From: Acidobacteriota bacterium
GTDB lineage: Bacteria; Acidobacteriota; UBA890; WLXD01
Assembly: GCA_965205505.1 (NCBI GenBank)
Contig: CBDBHB010000008.1
Span: forward strand, 608,001-672,000
Direction: 5' to 3'
Length of the DNA: 64,000 nucleotides
Positions within the stretch are counted from its first letter, which is position 1, and the number at the start of each line of letters is the position of its first letter. The position numbers were made by a program, and so were the translations under genes. Below, piece after piece: positions 32,210 through 42,635 of the stretch. The notes under the pieces are model-generated. The model was not told the DNA's origin and did no database searches. It worked only from the letters and a program-made list of their open reading frames with translations.

Positions 32210-32362
32210 CCCCCTCTAATTCCACCATTAAAGGCGGGAATGTAGCGGATTGTCCGGGAACACGCAAGATGGACGAATACTCGTAACTATCTGACTCTAC
32301 TGATGCTTAGGGACTAATAGGTCAACTTAGGAATGCACCGGATCTGGACGATGGCAGAGGTG

Positions 32363-34735
32363 ATCGGTGCCAACACAGCCGTCTTCAGCGTCGTCAACGG
32401 GGTGCTGCTCTCGCCGCTCCCCTTCCACGAGCCGGAACGGCTGGTAGGTGTATGGCACACGGCGCCGGGCCTGGGCTTAGAGTTCGTCAACCAGTCGCCG
32501 GCCCTCTACTTCACCTACCGGGAGCACAGCGAGCTGTTCGAGGACACCGGTATGTGGAGCAACGACTCCTCCTCGATCACCGGGATGGACGAGCCGGAAC
32601 AGGTGTCGAGCATCTACGTGACCGACGGCACCTTCCCGATTCTGCGCACCACACCGCTGATCGGGCGGATGTTCAGCGCGGAAGATGATTCACCGGAGGC
32701 GCCATCCACTGTCGTGCTCAGTCATCGTTACTGGCAGGAGCGCTTCGGAGGGAACCCGAGCATCTTGGGTACGAGCCTTCAGGTCGACGGCACGCAGACG
32801 GAGATCATCGGCGTGACACGGACCGACCTACATTTTCTGGACTTCGACCCAGCGATCTACCTGCCGTTCCAGTTCGATCGCGGCGAGGTGTTCTTCGGCA
32901 ACTTCAGCTACCAGGGCATCGCGCGGCTCAAGCCTGGCGTCACGCTCGAGCAGGTCGATGATGAGATGGCTCGGATGATCCAGATCACCATCGAGACCTT
33001 CCCGCTGCCCGGTGGGTTCTCGGCAGAGATGATCCAGCAGATCGGATTCGGCCCCGCCGTGCGACCACTCAAGCAGGACGTCGTAGGCAACGTCGGCTCC
33101 GTGCTCTGGGTGCTCCTCGGTACCGTCGGCCTCGTCTTGCTGATCGCCTGCGCTAACGTCGCCAATCTCTTCCTGGTTCGGGCCGAGGGGCGTCAGCAGG
33201 AGTTAGCGATCCGCACTGCCCTGGGGGCGAGCCGCGGCCGCCTTGCCCGGGAGCTGCTGGGAGAGAGCCTGATGCTCGGCCTGCTTGGTGGCGCGGCCGG
33301 CCTGGCGCTCGCGGCCGCGGGTATTCGTTTCCTCGTTGCCCTGCAGCCTCAGGGGCTACCACGGCTCGACGAGATCGGCATCGACCCCGCGGTGCTGGGG
33401 TTCACTCTGTTGCTGTCGGTGCTGGCCGGTCTTTTCTTCGGTACTTTCCCGATCGCCAAGATGGGCACGGCGCGATTGGTCGACGCGCTCAAAGAGGGCG
33501 GCCGTGGCGGCAGTGCCGGGCGCCAGCGCCACCGTGTGCGCAACGCGCTGGTTGTGGCGCAAGTGGCTCTGGCACTGGTGCTGCTCGTCGGTTCGGGTTT
33601 GATGATCCGCAGCTTTCGCGCCTTGCGCGACGTCGATCCGGGTTTCCGCGATCCGCAGGAAGTGCTGACGCTGCGGGTGACGATCCCCTCCGCTGAGGTG
33701 CCGGACAATGCGGAGGCAGCGCAACTGCACGAGACGCTGCTGCGTAGCATCCAGGCAATCCCGGGTGTGCGTGCTGCCGGCATGACGAGCTCGATCACCA
33801 TGGATGGATGGGACAGCAACGACCCAATCCTTCGCGAGGACAGCCCGCCGATAAACGATGAGATGCCGCCGCTGAGGCGTTTCAAGTGGATCGCACCCGG
33901 CTACTTCGAGACCATGGGAAATACGATCGTGTCGGGCCGCGACTTCACCTGGGCCGACCTGCACGACCGTATCCCCGTGGCGATCCTCACCGAGGACACG
34001 GCTCGCGAGTTCTGGACCGAGCCGTCGGCAGCGATCGGCCAGCGCATCAAGAACGCGCCTGAGAGCCCGTGGCGCGAGGTCGTTGGAGTGGTCGGAAACA
34101 TACATGACGATGGGGTCGACCAACCGACCACCAAGACCGTCTTCTGGCCGATGGTGTCGGAGGGCTTCTGGGGGGAAGGCTTGTTCGTCGCCCGTTCGAT
34201 GGCTTTCGTGGTGCGCTCGGAGCGCATCGGCACACCAGGTTTACTCGATGAGATCCGCAGCACTATCTGGGACGCCAATGCCAGCCTGCCGCTGGCTCAG
34301 GTGCGTACGCTCCAGGAGATCCTCGACCGCTCCATGGCCCGCACTTCGTTCACGCTGACGATGCTCGGGATCGCCGCCGTTGCCGCGGTGCTGCTCGGAG
34401 CCATCGGAATCTATGGCGTGACCTCCTACATAGTCTCGCAGCGAACCCGCGAGATCGGCGTGCGCATGGCGATGGGAGCCCTCCAGGCAGACATCAGCCA
34501 GCTGGTGCTTCGCCAGGCGGCAGTTCTCGCCCTGGTCGGCGTCGGACTCGGCCTGACTACCGCCTTCGGGCTCACCCGCCTGATGGCATCGCTGCTATAT
34601 GGCGTCAGCCCGGTCGACCCGATGACGTTCTCGGCAGTGGCCGTCGGCGTGACGACCGTGGCGCTGTTGGCAAGCTACCTGCCAGCGCGGCGCGCGGCGC
34701 GCGTTGAGCCTGTGGAAGCGCTGCGCTGGGACTAG
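32363..34735 (+). pseudogene. ADOP-family permease lacking its N-terminus
   Basis: Homology begins abruptly at IGANTAVFSVVNGVLL; the rest is intact to RAARVEPVEALRWD. Confidence 0.85.
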
Positions 34736-35010
34736 TGCTCCTGATCATAAGTACGGTGACGTTTGTGGCGCGCGCGACCGGGGCGAATTGTAGGAGCGGC
34801 GACGAGGGCGATGCTGGGTGTATCGTCGAGGCGCCGCGACGCCCAAGGTGGCCGGTCCCGCGGCCACCGGGAGGGCAGGAGCGATAGGCGGGCGATCTCG
34901 GCGTCAGGGCTCCTCGAGGATGGCTAAGGCATCGCCTTCCTCACCCTTCCTTGATCTCGCCCGCATCTCGCTCCTGCAAACGTCACCGTACTTATGATCA
35001 GGAGCACTAG
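34732..35010. mobile_element. MITE-like element, 279 bp, with a perfect 34-bp terminal inverted repeat including CTAG
   Basis: CTAGTGCTCCTGATCATAAGTACGGTGACGTTTG ... CAAACGTCACCGTACTTATGATCAGGAGCACTAG; no credible coding capacity. Confidence 0.85.
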
Positions 35011-35116
35011 TGGCCTAGGGGCCTGAATCAGGACGCTACCAGGACGCTCCCGCTTTCCGATTACAATCGTGTCGCGGCTCCTGCAGGCGGGCGCCGTTCC
35101 AGGAAAGGACGTCGCT

Positions 35117-36513
35117 ATGAGCTCAACGCGAAGAGGCTTTCTCACGTGTGCGGCAACCGTGGGAAGCGGAGCCGCTCTGGGCCGGCGCGTCGTGGCCTTC
35201 CTGACCGGACGGTCGATCGCCGCGGACGCCGCGCTGAGAGGGACAAGCACCGCCCAATCTGCCATCACCCACGGTCCGTTCGTGGGGCACCTGACATCTA
35301 CGAGCGCCACGTTGTGGGCCAAGTGCTCAGCACCGGGTGTCTACACCTCACCGCTCATGGCATCGGTGGGCGTGCGGCGCGGGTCGCAACGGCAGAGGCG
35401 ACCCCCGACAACGATATGTGCGTCGTCTGGCAGGTGACGGAACTCCAAGCGAATACCAGGTACGGCTACGAGGCTAGGTATCAAGATCAGCCAATCCTCA
35501 GCAACACAGATACTTTCTTCGTGACGCCGGCTGCCGAGAGCGCACCAACGCTCACCCGATTGGCTTTCGGATCGTGTGCGTTCGAGGACCGTGAATCGTC
35601 TGCGGTGTGGCGTCGAATGTCCGCAGTCGACCCGCACGCCGTCGTGCTGCTAGGAGATACCCCCTATATCGATTCGACGGCACTGGATGTTCAGCGAACC
35701 CGATACGCCGAATTCGCCGCGGTCCCTGACTTTGCCGACTTGCTGCGCAACAGGTCGCTCTATGCCACCTGGGACGACCACGATTTCGGCGCCAACGACA
35801 CCGACGGACGACTCGACGGCAAGGCGAACGCGCGTCGCGCCTTTGTGGAGTATCGCGCCAATCCGTCGTACGGAGACGGAGACCACGGGGTCTACACGAA
35901 GTTCCGGCGCGGTGGCGTGGAAGTGTTTCTTCTCGACACTCGGTATTTCGCGGGCACGGAGCCCTCGCCGGTTGCCGCCGACCAACCAACGCTGCTTGGC
36001 CGGCAACAGTGGGAGTGGCTGCGCCAGGAGCTCCGAGCGTCGACCGCGCCCTTCAAGCTATTGGCCTCGGGGATGATCTGGAATGGAGCCGTGCGACCTG
36101 GTAAGCCCGATCACTGGGAAAGCTATCCGCATGAGCGAGCGGCGCTGTTTCGCTTCATCGGACAGGAGAAGATTTCGGGGGTGGTGCTGGTAGGCGGCGA
36201 TATTCATCGGACCCGCGTCCTACGGCACGAGACGACCGAGACAGCCGGATACCCACTCGTGGAGCTGATCACGTCGCCCATTCATGCAAGCATTATCGAC
36301 GCTGCGAACGCCCCTCACCCCGCTTTGGTTCACGACTCGGGTGAGCCGCATTCGTTTCTCCTCATCACCGTGGATACAACCGTGGCGCCGGCGATCCTCG
36401 TCGCCCAGTTTCAGAACGCGGCGGGACGTGAGCTGTATTCGCTCACCCTGAGTACCGAGAACCTATCGGCGGCACGAAAGACGGTCGAGGGAAGCATCCG
36501 AAGATCCGAATAA
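35117..36513 (+). CDS. phoD: Alkaline phosphatase D family, Tat-exported (frameshift near 35340)
   Basis: TRRGFL signal; AFGSC, LLGDTPYID, WDDHD, LDTR, GGDIH. Confidence 0.85.
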
Positions 36514-36529
36514 GCGAACGGAGTGCCAC

Positions 36530-37494
36530 ATGCACCGAACGTCACTGACTCGAGCGGCCATGCTCGGCGGCTGCCTACTGCTCGTGCTCGTCGTTGGTCT
36601 ACACGTACAGCCGGTGGCAGCACAGAGCATGAGCTCCAAGATCGCTTTGGTGTCGAACCGGGATGGCAACGCTGAGATCTACGTCATGGACGCGGACGGC
36701 TCCAACGTGACGCGGCTGACCAACAACCTGGGTTTTGACGGCGCCCCGACATGGTCACCCGACGGTACGCGGATCGCCTTCGCATCGTCGCGCCACGAAA
36801 ACAGAGACATCTACATCATGAACGCGGACGGCTCCGACGTAACGCGGCTGACAACCGACCCGGCCAATGACGGCGGGCCCTCCTGGTCGCCCGACGGCTC
36901 GATGATCGCCTTCGATTCCAACCGCAGCGGCAGCTCGCAAGTGTGGCGAACGAACGTCGACGAGGGAAGCTGGGGATACAACCCGACGCAGCTGACCAAT
37001 GACCATCCTCTCGGAAGAGTGAACAACTTCCTGGCATGGTCGCCGGACGGCCTTTGGATCGCCTTCGAAGCGGATCGGGACCGGGACGACCCAGAGATCT
37101 ACCTCGCAAACGCCGTCGACGGCACCAACCAACAGCGGTTGACGTTCACCCGTGCCCTCGACGAAGTGCCCAACTGGACCCCCGACAGCAAGCAGATCGT
37201 CTCTCGACGGACCGCGACGGCGAGCCCCAGAACGGCAACTACGAGATCTACATAATGAACGTCGACGGCTCCAACAAGCGCCGGCTGACCGACGTCCCAG
37301 GGGCCGACTCGTACCCCTCGGTGTCGGCCGACGGCACACGGATTGCGTTCGATTCCTCGCGGGCTGGTGGCCGCGACATCTATGTCATGAACATCGATGG
37401 AACGAACCAAGCTCGGCTGACGACCTCGGGTCGCGCAGGCACCGATAATCAGGCGGGAGTGTCCAACAGCAACCCCGCCTGGTCGCCGTTTTAG
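36530..37494 (+). CDS. Secreted TolB-like PD40-repeat protein (frameshift near 37200)
   Basis: Repeated EIYVMDADGS...RLT...P.WSPDG..IAF units across two frames. Confidence 0.85.
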
Positions 37495-37526
37495 TGTCCT
37501 GACTAGCGTCCGTGGCGGCCTGCTAG
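37491..37526. repeat. CTAG-element remnants between convergent stop codons
   Basis: TTAGTGTCCTGA-CTAG...GGCCTGCTAG; the ends match those at 57929 and 6968-7013. Confidence 0.5.
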
Positions 37527-38956
37527 CGGATCAAATACCATTCGGTCTGCCGGCCAGCCGGGTAGACCAACCCGTCGGGGGTGAAAGCGGTCACCGTTTC
37601 CGAGTGGAGGCGGACGACCAGACCCTCCCACTCCGGGACGGGATACTCGATGTCGATCTCCAGCGCGTAGACCGTGTTGTACTCCAGCGGATGGTCGGCG
37701 CTGGTAAGGCGATAGTGGAACGGTGGGCCACGCAGGTCGTAGCGTGGACCCCTGTCGCGATCATCGCCCGGATCGTCCGACGGCTCGTCGGTGATGGCGG
37801 TGCCCGCGAAGTAGTGGTCGCGAGTAAAGAAGCCGCCGTTGAGCTGGTAACGCATGAACCAATAGCTGATCGGGTGCGCGTAGATTCGTGGCCGGATACC
37901 TTCTTGCCTGGCGCGCGCCGACGCCGCCATGCCGATTTCGCGGCCCGTGCGCCCGTGCTGCATCTCTTCGCCGATGATGTCTTGCAACCGGTTGAGGTGA
38001 CGCATCGCCTCTTTCAGGCCTGCGGGCGCGGCGGTCTCGCCCGGCATCAGCACGTAGGCGGCCTGTTGGGTGTCGGTGTTGATGCCGAGGTAGCGGATGC
38101 CCGTGTCGTTGAACAGCAGATCGCCTCGCCGGATGACGATGTCCATGCCGTTGCGCGGGCTGGTGTCGATGCGGAAGTACTCGTCGGGATCGCCATACCT
38201 AGCACGCTCGGCGCGGCTGCGCTGCACGGTGACCGTCGGGTGGTCGTCGGTGTCGATGCCGAGGTCGATGTAGCGCTGCCGGATCCACCAGTTCAGATCG
38301 TTGGTCGTGGTGACGTCAGGCACGATGACCCGGTTCGAGTAGCCCTCGCCGATCACGTCGTGGGCAATTCCGATGACATGGCGGAAGATACTGATCTCCT
38401 GTGGCGTACGGGCCTCCAGCCACCAGATCGCCAGATCGGAGTCGGAGGTCAGGCGATCCGCATACGGGGCGCCGATGCGTCGCACCAGCTCGGCCCGATG
38501 ATCGGCGCCGAAGCCGTCGTTGATGACGATCCTGTCGGGATCCCGCGCCTGGACCATGCCGGCCAGATCGTCGAAGCGGGCGCCGGTGCGCTCGACACCG
38601 GCCTCCGCGCCGCGATCGTGCAGGACGATGAACGGTGTCCATTCGGCGACGTGACCATCGTCGTCGCTGGGCAGCAACGATAGGTAGATCGGCCCCTCAT
38701 TGTTGCGCACGATCCACATGTCCGCCCCCGCCCGCCGCATGACCGCAGGCAGCACCGTCGCGACCTTTCTCTTCAACAGGCGGTCCATGAGCTCGGCCTG
38801 CTCGCGCGTCCCGTAGACGGCCTCGACGTCGCGGATCGAGCTGATCCCGTGAGCCCGCTCCTGGCCGGCGACCGGACTGCCGCCAGCCGCAGCGGCCATG
38901 ACTAACAACAAGGTTGCAAGCAACAAGGATTTCCGCACGGCAGCACTCCTGTTCAT
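37523..38956 (-). CDS. Secreted M24-family metallopeptidase
   Basis: Signal peptide; WLEART; TTTNDLNWW; GDLLFNDTGI..LGINTDTQQ; YAHPI. Confidence 0.8.
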   Translation of the reverse strand: MNRSAAVRKSLLLATLLLVMAAAAGGSPVAGQERAHGISSIRDVEAVYGTREQAELMDRLLKRKVATVLPAVMRRAGADMWIVRNNEGPIYLSLLPSDDDGHVAEWTPFIVLHDRGAEAGVERTGARFDDLAGMVQARDPDRIVINDGFGADHRAELVRRIGAPYADRLTSDSDLAIWWLEARTPQEISIFRHVIGIAHDVIGEGYSNRVIVPDVTTTNDLNWWIRQRYIDLGIDTDDHPTVTVQRSRAERARYGDPDEYFRIDTSPRNGMDIVIRRGDLLFNDTGIRYLGINTDTQQAAYVLMPGETAAPAGLKEAMRHLNRLQDIIGEEMQHGRTGREIGMAASARARQEGIRPRIYAHPISYWFMRYQLNGGFFTRDHYFAGTAITDEPSDDPGDDRDRGPRYDLRGPPFHYRLTSADHPLEYNTVYALEIDIEYPVPEWEGLVVRLHSETVTAFTPDGLVYPAGRQTEWYLIR

Positions 38957-38963
38957 ATGCGTG

Positions 38964-39950
38964 CTAGCGAGCGCTCGGAGTTAGCCGCAGCCCGTTGACG
39001 CGGCCGTCCAGATCCCACGCAGGATCGATCTCGATTCCCAGATGCGCCAGCGCAGTTACTGAAACATCGACGATGTGGGGCGTCGCGGTCAACGTGCTCG
39101 GATCGGCGGAGGGGCCGCTGACCAGGTAGTAGATGGTGAGCTCCTTCTCCGAGTTCTCGCCGTGGCCGCCGTCGTCGCGGCGCCCATGGTCGGTGCTCGA
39201 GAGAATCAGCCAGTCCTCCTGATCATAGGTCGGCCGCGCCCGCACGGCGGCTAACAGCTCACCCAGCTGACTATCGGCGCGCTCGATGGCGGCTCGGTAC
39301 TCCGGTGCCAGGGAACTCGTCTCGTGCGCCACCTCGTCGGTGTTGCCCAACGAAACGAAAGTGGCGTCGGGGTCGGCGGTGCGCAGGTAGTGGGCGGCAA
39401 TCGCCACCGCTTCGGTGTCGGCATCGAAATAACCCATCGTGCCGCCATCGATGTTTACCATCACGTCCACGTTGCGGCTAATCATCGGGCCGCCGTCGGC
39501 CGTTGTTCCCATGACCGGCCAGTTGATCACGGTGTAGGTGTTGATCTCCGGGCGCACCTGCTCGATGCGAGTCAGGAAGTCGGGGTACTCGGTGTAGTGG
39601 TTGCCGGTGAACACGTTGCTCTCGACTCCGTGTTTGTCCATCCACACGCCGGTCACCATGCTCGACCAACCGGGGCCACTGACGGTGATCGGGCGGGTGC
39701 GGGCGCTGGCCGAGAAGGCACCCGCGGCGACCAGCGCATCGAAGTTGGGAGTATCTGCTTGCTCGAGAATGTCGACTCGAATCCCGTCGAAACCGATCAG
39801 CAGCACCTTCTTGCGTACTTGCGCGGCCGACCGGGGCGCGGGAACATCGACGGCACCGCTGCCGGTGGCGTGTTGCGAGGGGGAGGATTGCTCGGTCGCC
39901 AGCGTGCCGACGACGAGCAGGAGCGGCGCAACAACGGCGCGAGCAAGCAT
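38964..39950 (-). CDS. Alkaline phosphatase superfamily / type I phosphodiesterase
   Basis: LIGFDG, TVSGPGWSS, DEVAH, TDHG. Confidence 0.85.
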   Translation of the reverse strand: MLARAVVAPLLLVVGTLATEQSSPSQHATGSGAVDVPAPRSAAQVRKKVLLIGFDGIRVDILEQADTPNFDALVAAGAFSASARTRPITVSGPGWSSMVTGVWMDKHGVESNVFTGNHYTEYPDFLTRIEQVRPEINTYTVINWPVMGTTADGGPMISRNVDVMVNIDGGTMGYFDADTEAVAIAAHYLRTADPDATFVSLGNTDEVAHETSSLAPEYRAAIERADSQLGELLAAVRARPTYDQEDWLILSSTDHGRRDDGGHGENSEKELTIYYLVSGPSADPSTLTATPHIVDVSVTALAHLGIEIDPAWDLDGRVNGLRLTPSAR

Positions 39951-40055
39951 CGGACACTCCCGGGTTATGCGGTCTCAGACGCCCATCCTATCGGATGTGC
40001 GGCGCGACATGATGGCGCGAATCGCACCCGTCGACCCAGGCAGCAACATGGCCGT

Positions 40056-41756
40056 CTACCAGAGCTTGTCCACCTCGTCGGTGAGACCGGTCATCTCCCA
40101 GTGGATCAGAGCGAACGGGATCTCCCCCACGGCTAACATCTCGTCGAGGAACTCACCGAAGTCGAACTCGTCGCCAAGTTGCCTGGCACGCGCGGTGAGG
40201 AGCTTCTCGAACTGGGTCGCGCCGAGCGTGTAGGCAAGCTCGTATCCCGGCGCGCGAACGGCGTCCCGCTTGTGGTCCCACATGGTGAAGCTGTCAGGGA
40301 TGGCCCACTGGGACGGGCTCATTTCGGCGTCGTACTTCGTCCAGCCAGCGTAGTCGTGCTCGTTCGCCTGGAACTTCAGATCGCCCATTCCTCGCGCGTC
40401 GCGATAGGCAGCGGTGATATAGACCAGCTCCCTCACTCTGGGCCGCTCCTCGGCGATCCCGCCGTTCATCAGGATCTCCGCGAGGCCGGCCGCGTACCCC
40501 TCCCGGCGAGTGTGGGTCATCTCGTGGAGGCGTCGGGCAACCCGGATCGGAGACAGATGATCCTTGGGCCGGAGGACGTCGAGCTGATGGCCCATGTTCT
40601 CGTGCACGACCTCGTCCAGCGGGAAGAGGAATCTGACCCGCTCGGCGAGATCCATCGGATCGCTCTCCGTTCCAAAGGCCTTTCGCGATGGCGGCGACAT
40701 GTCCAGCCCTGCGAGCTCGGCGGCCAAGCCCAGGTACCCGCCCCAGCGGAAGAACTCCACCAGATCGTTGCCGGCCTCGGTATACCCGCCGAGGTACTCG
40801 GCCTCGGTCGCAGCCGGCTCGAGCGGGACCAGGTCACGGTTGCGATAGCGCTCCAGTTCGAGGGCCGACATCGACCGGTCGTACCTGCTGCTCAGAATGG
40901 CCCAGGCTTCGTCCGACGTGTACGGCACCAACCAGACGTTCTTCAGCCACCAGTCGAAGTTCTCGCTACCGACCCCCGTTGGGGCGGTCATGCGGTCGAG
41001 GTTGGCCGCTATCCAGGCACGGTAATCTTGCACCGCCACCCACGCGGCCTGCGCGTCGGGTACCGCCTCCGGGTGGTGTTCCTTCATGAGCTCCACCAGG
41101 TCCTGTAGCAGCACCCCCTCCTCGTCCATGGAGCGGATGCCGAGTACCGCCATATCGTGCTTGGCCTCCTCGAGCACGATGTTGGCCTTGCCCTGCGCGA
41201 GGATCCTGGGCAGCGCTCGGAGTCGCACCCGGTAGGCTTCGAGCTCGTCCTCGGACAGCGGCATCAAGGGCCGCGCCGAGAACCCGTAGCGAGCGATAGA
41301 GCCCGCCTCTTCGCCGACCTCCTCGCCGGACGGCTGCCTGCTCGAGAAGCCATAGAACGGCATGCCGGTGGAGGTGGGAGAACCCCAGTAGAAATCGGGG
41401 CTAGTGGACCAAGGCTTCATCACCCGGTGGTAGAACTCCAGACCGTTCATCTCGGCGCGCACCAGGTGGTAGTCGATCTGCTGCGAGACCGGCCAGGCGC
41501 CGATATCGAACGAAGCCAGCCGTCGCTGGTACTCGCGGAGCTCGCGGTACTGGCGCTCCATTGCCTGGACCGAGTAGTCGGGTACTCCGTCGGTCAGCGT
41601 CGGCTCGTGGAATCCGCGGAACTCCTCGAACAACGCGGTCAGGTCCCGATAGTTGCCAGCCTGAGCGTGGCCCTCGGCCGCCTCAGATCCCCCGCTCGCA
41701 AGGGCGAGCAGGCTCACGGCGACTAACAAGGACAACGTACCGCATCTTCTGCGCAT
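40056..41756 (-). CDS. DUF885-like secreted protein (putative Zn peptidase), paralogue A
   Basis: HENMGH, REGYA, PGYELAY, GEIPFAL; ATG at 41756. Confidence 0.7.
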   Translation of the reverse strand: MRRRCGTLSLLVAVSLLALASGGSEAAEGHAQAGNYRDLTALFEEFRGFHEPTLTDGVPDYSVQAMERQYRELREYQRRLASFDIGAWPVSQQIDYHLVRAEMNGLEFYHRVMKPWSTSPDFYWGSPTSTGMPFYGFSSRQPSGEEVGEEAGSIARYGFSARPLMPLSEDELEAYRVRLRALPRILAQGKANIVLEEAKHDMAVLGIRSMDEEGVLLQDLVELMKEHHPEAVPDAQAAWVAVQDYRAWIAANLDRMTAPTGVGSENFDWWLKNVWLVPYTSDEAWAILSSRYDRSMSALELERYRNRDLVPLEPAATEAEYLGGYTEAGNDLVEFFRWGGYLGLAAELAGLDMSPPSRKAFGTESDPMDLAERVRFLFPLDEVVHENMGHQLDVLRPKDHLSPIRVARRLHEMTHTRREGYAAGLAEILMNGGIAEERPRVRELVYITAAYRDARGMGDLKFQANEHDYAGWTKYDAEMSPSQWAIPDSFTMWDHKRDAVRAPGYELAYTLGATQFEKLLTARARQLGDEFDFGEFLDEMLAVGEIPFALIHWEMTGLTDEVDKLW

Positions 41757-41934
41757 GACGGTCTCCTGCGATCGGTTGAGCTGGCGCGGATCATACGCAG
41801 TCGCCGGCACGATCTCACGCCCAAGCGGATCTTTCCCGCTGTCGCGCTGAGCGCGGCGGCCAGCACATTGTGCGCCGGCTTGCCGTGCTCTACGGTGAGC
41901 TGTCTGCCCTCGTCATCGTCGCGGAGCCCCGAGC

Positions 41935-42537
41935 ATGACCTTCCAATTTGTCGTTGCGATCGGCGCCCTGCTGGCGTTTTCCCTGCCGGGCGCACCGTCG
42001 AGCTTGCTGCCACAAGCGGAGCAACTGCGAGTTCGTATCGAGACCGACCTGGGTGCTTTCGAGGTGGAGCTCGAGGCGTCCCGTGCGCCGGGGACTGTCG
42101 CCAACTTCCTACGCTACGTCGACGCTGGCCTATACCGCGGCGGACGCTTTCACCGCACTGTGACGCTCGACAACCAGGTCCGCGACGATGTCCTGATCGA
42201 GGTGATCCAGGCGGGCCCGAACTCGGATGACGGGGAAGGATTCGACCCTATTGCGTTGGAACGCACCCGGGATACCGGCCTGCGCCACCTCGACGGAACC
42301 ATCTCCATGGCGCGTGGTGGCCCCGAGAGCGCTACCGGCGACTTCTTCATTTGCATCGGTGAGCAACCGTCGCTGGATTTCGGCGGGATCCGCAACAACG
42401 ATGGCCAGGGTTTCGCGGCTTTCGGGCAGGTGGTTTCGGGAATGGACGTGGTGCGCCGTATCCATCAATCGCCCGCCGACGAGGCCGAGAGCCTGCAGCC
42501 GCCGATCACCATCGAACGGATCAGCCGGGTCGACTGA
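41935..42537 (+). CDS. Cyclophilin-type peptidyl-prolyl isomerase
   Basis: APGTVANFLRYV...FHR...GTISMAR...FFIC...FAAFGQVVSGMDVV. Confidence 0.92.
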   Translation: MTFQFVVAIGALLAFSLPGAPSSLLPQAEQLRVRIETDLGAFEVELEASRAPGTVANFLRYVDAGLYRGGRFHRTVTLDNQVRDDVLIEVIQAGPNSDDGEGFDPIALERTRDTGLRHLDGTISMARGGPESATGDFFICIGEQPSLDFGGIRNNDGQGFAAFGQVVSGMDVVRRIHQSPADEAESLQPPITIERISRVD

Positions 42538-42635
42538 GCAGGCACTTTCGCACCCAGCTAGCGCAGCCGGCTCCAACAACGTCGCTTCGGGCGCAGCAGG
42601 CCGGTAACCCAACGAGCTACTGGGGCCGTATCTGG

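Larger units (their letters stand above)
28058..32372 (-). mobile_element. Small P4/PICI-like integrative element (left boundary uncertain)
   Basis: Order int - hyp - alpA - helicase - iterons; the right end abuts a 5'-truncated permease gene. Confidence 0.65.

Noticed and set aside
36640-37420. Recurring nucleotide repeats as a possible CRISPR or repeat array
   Set aside because: They are coding PD40 propeller repeats. No constant-repeat/unique-spacer array or cas gene was seen anywhere in the window.
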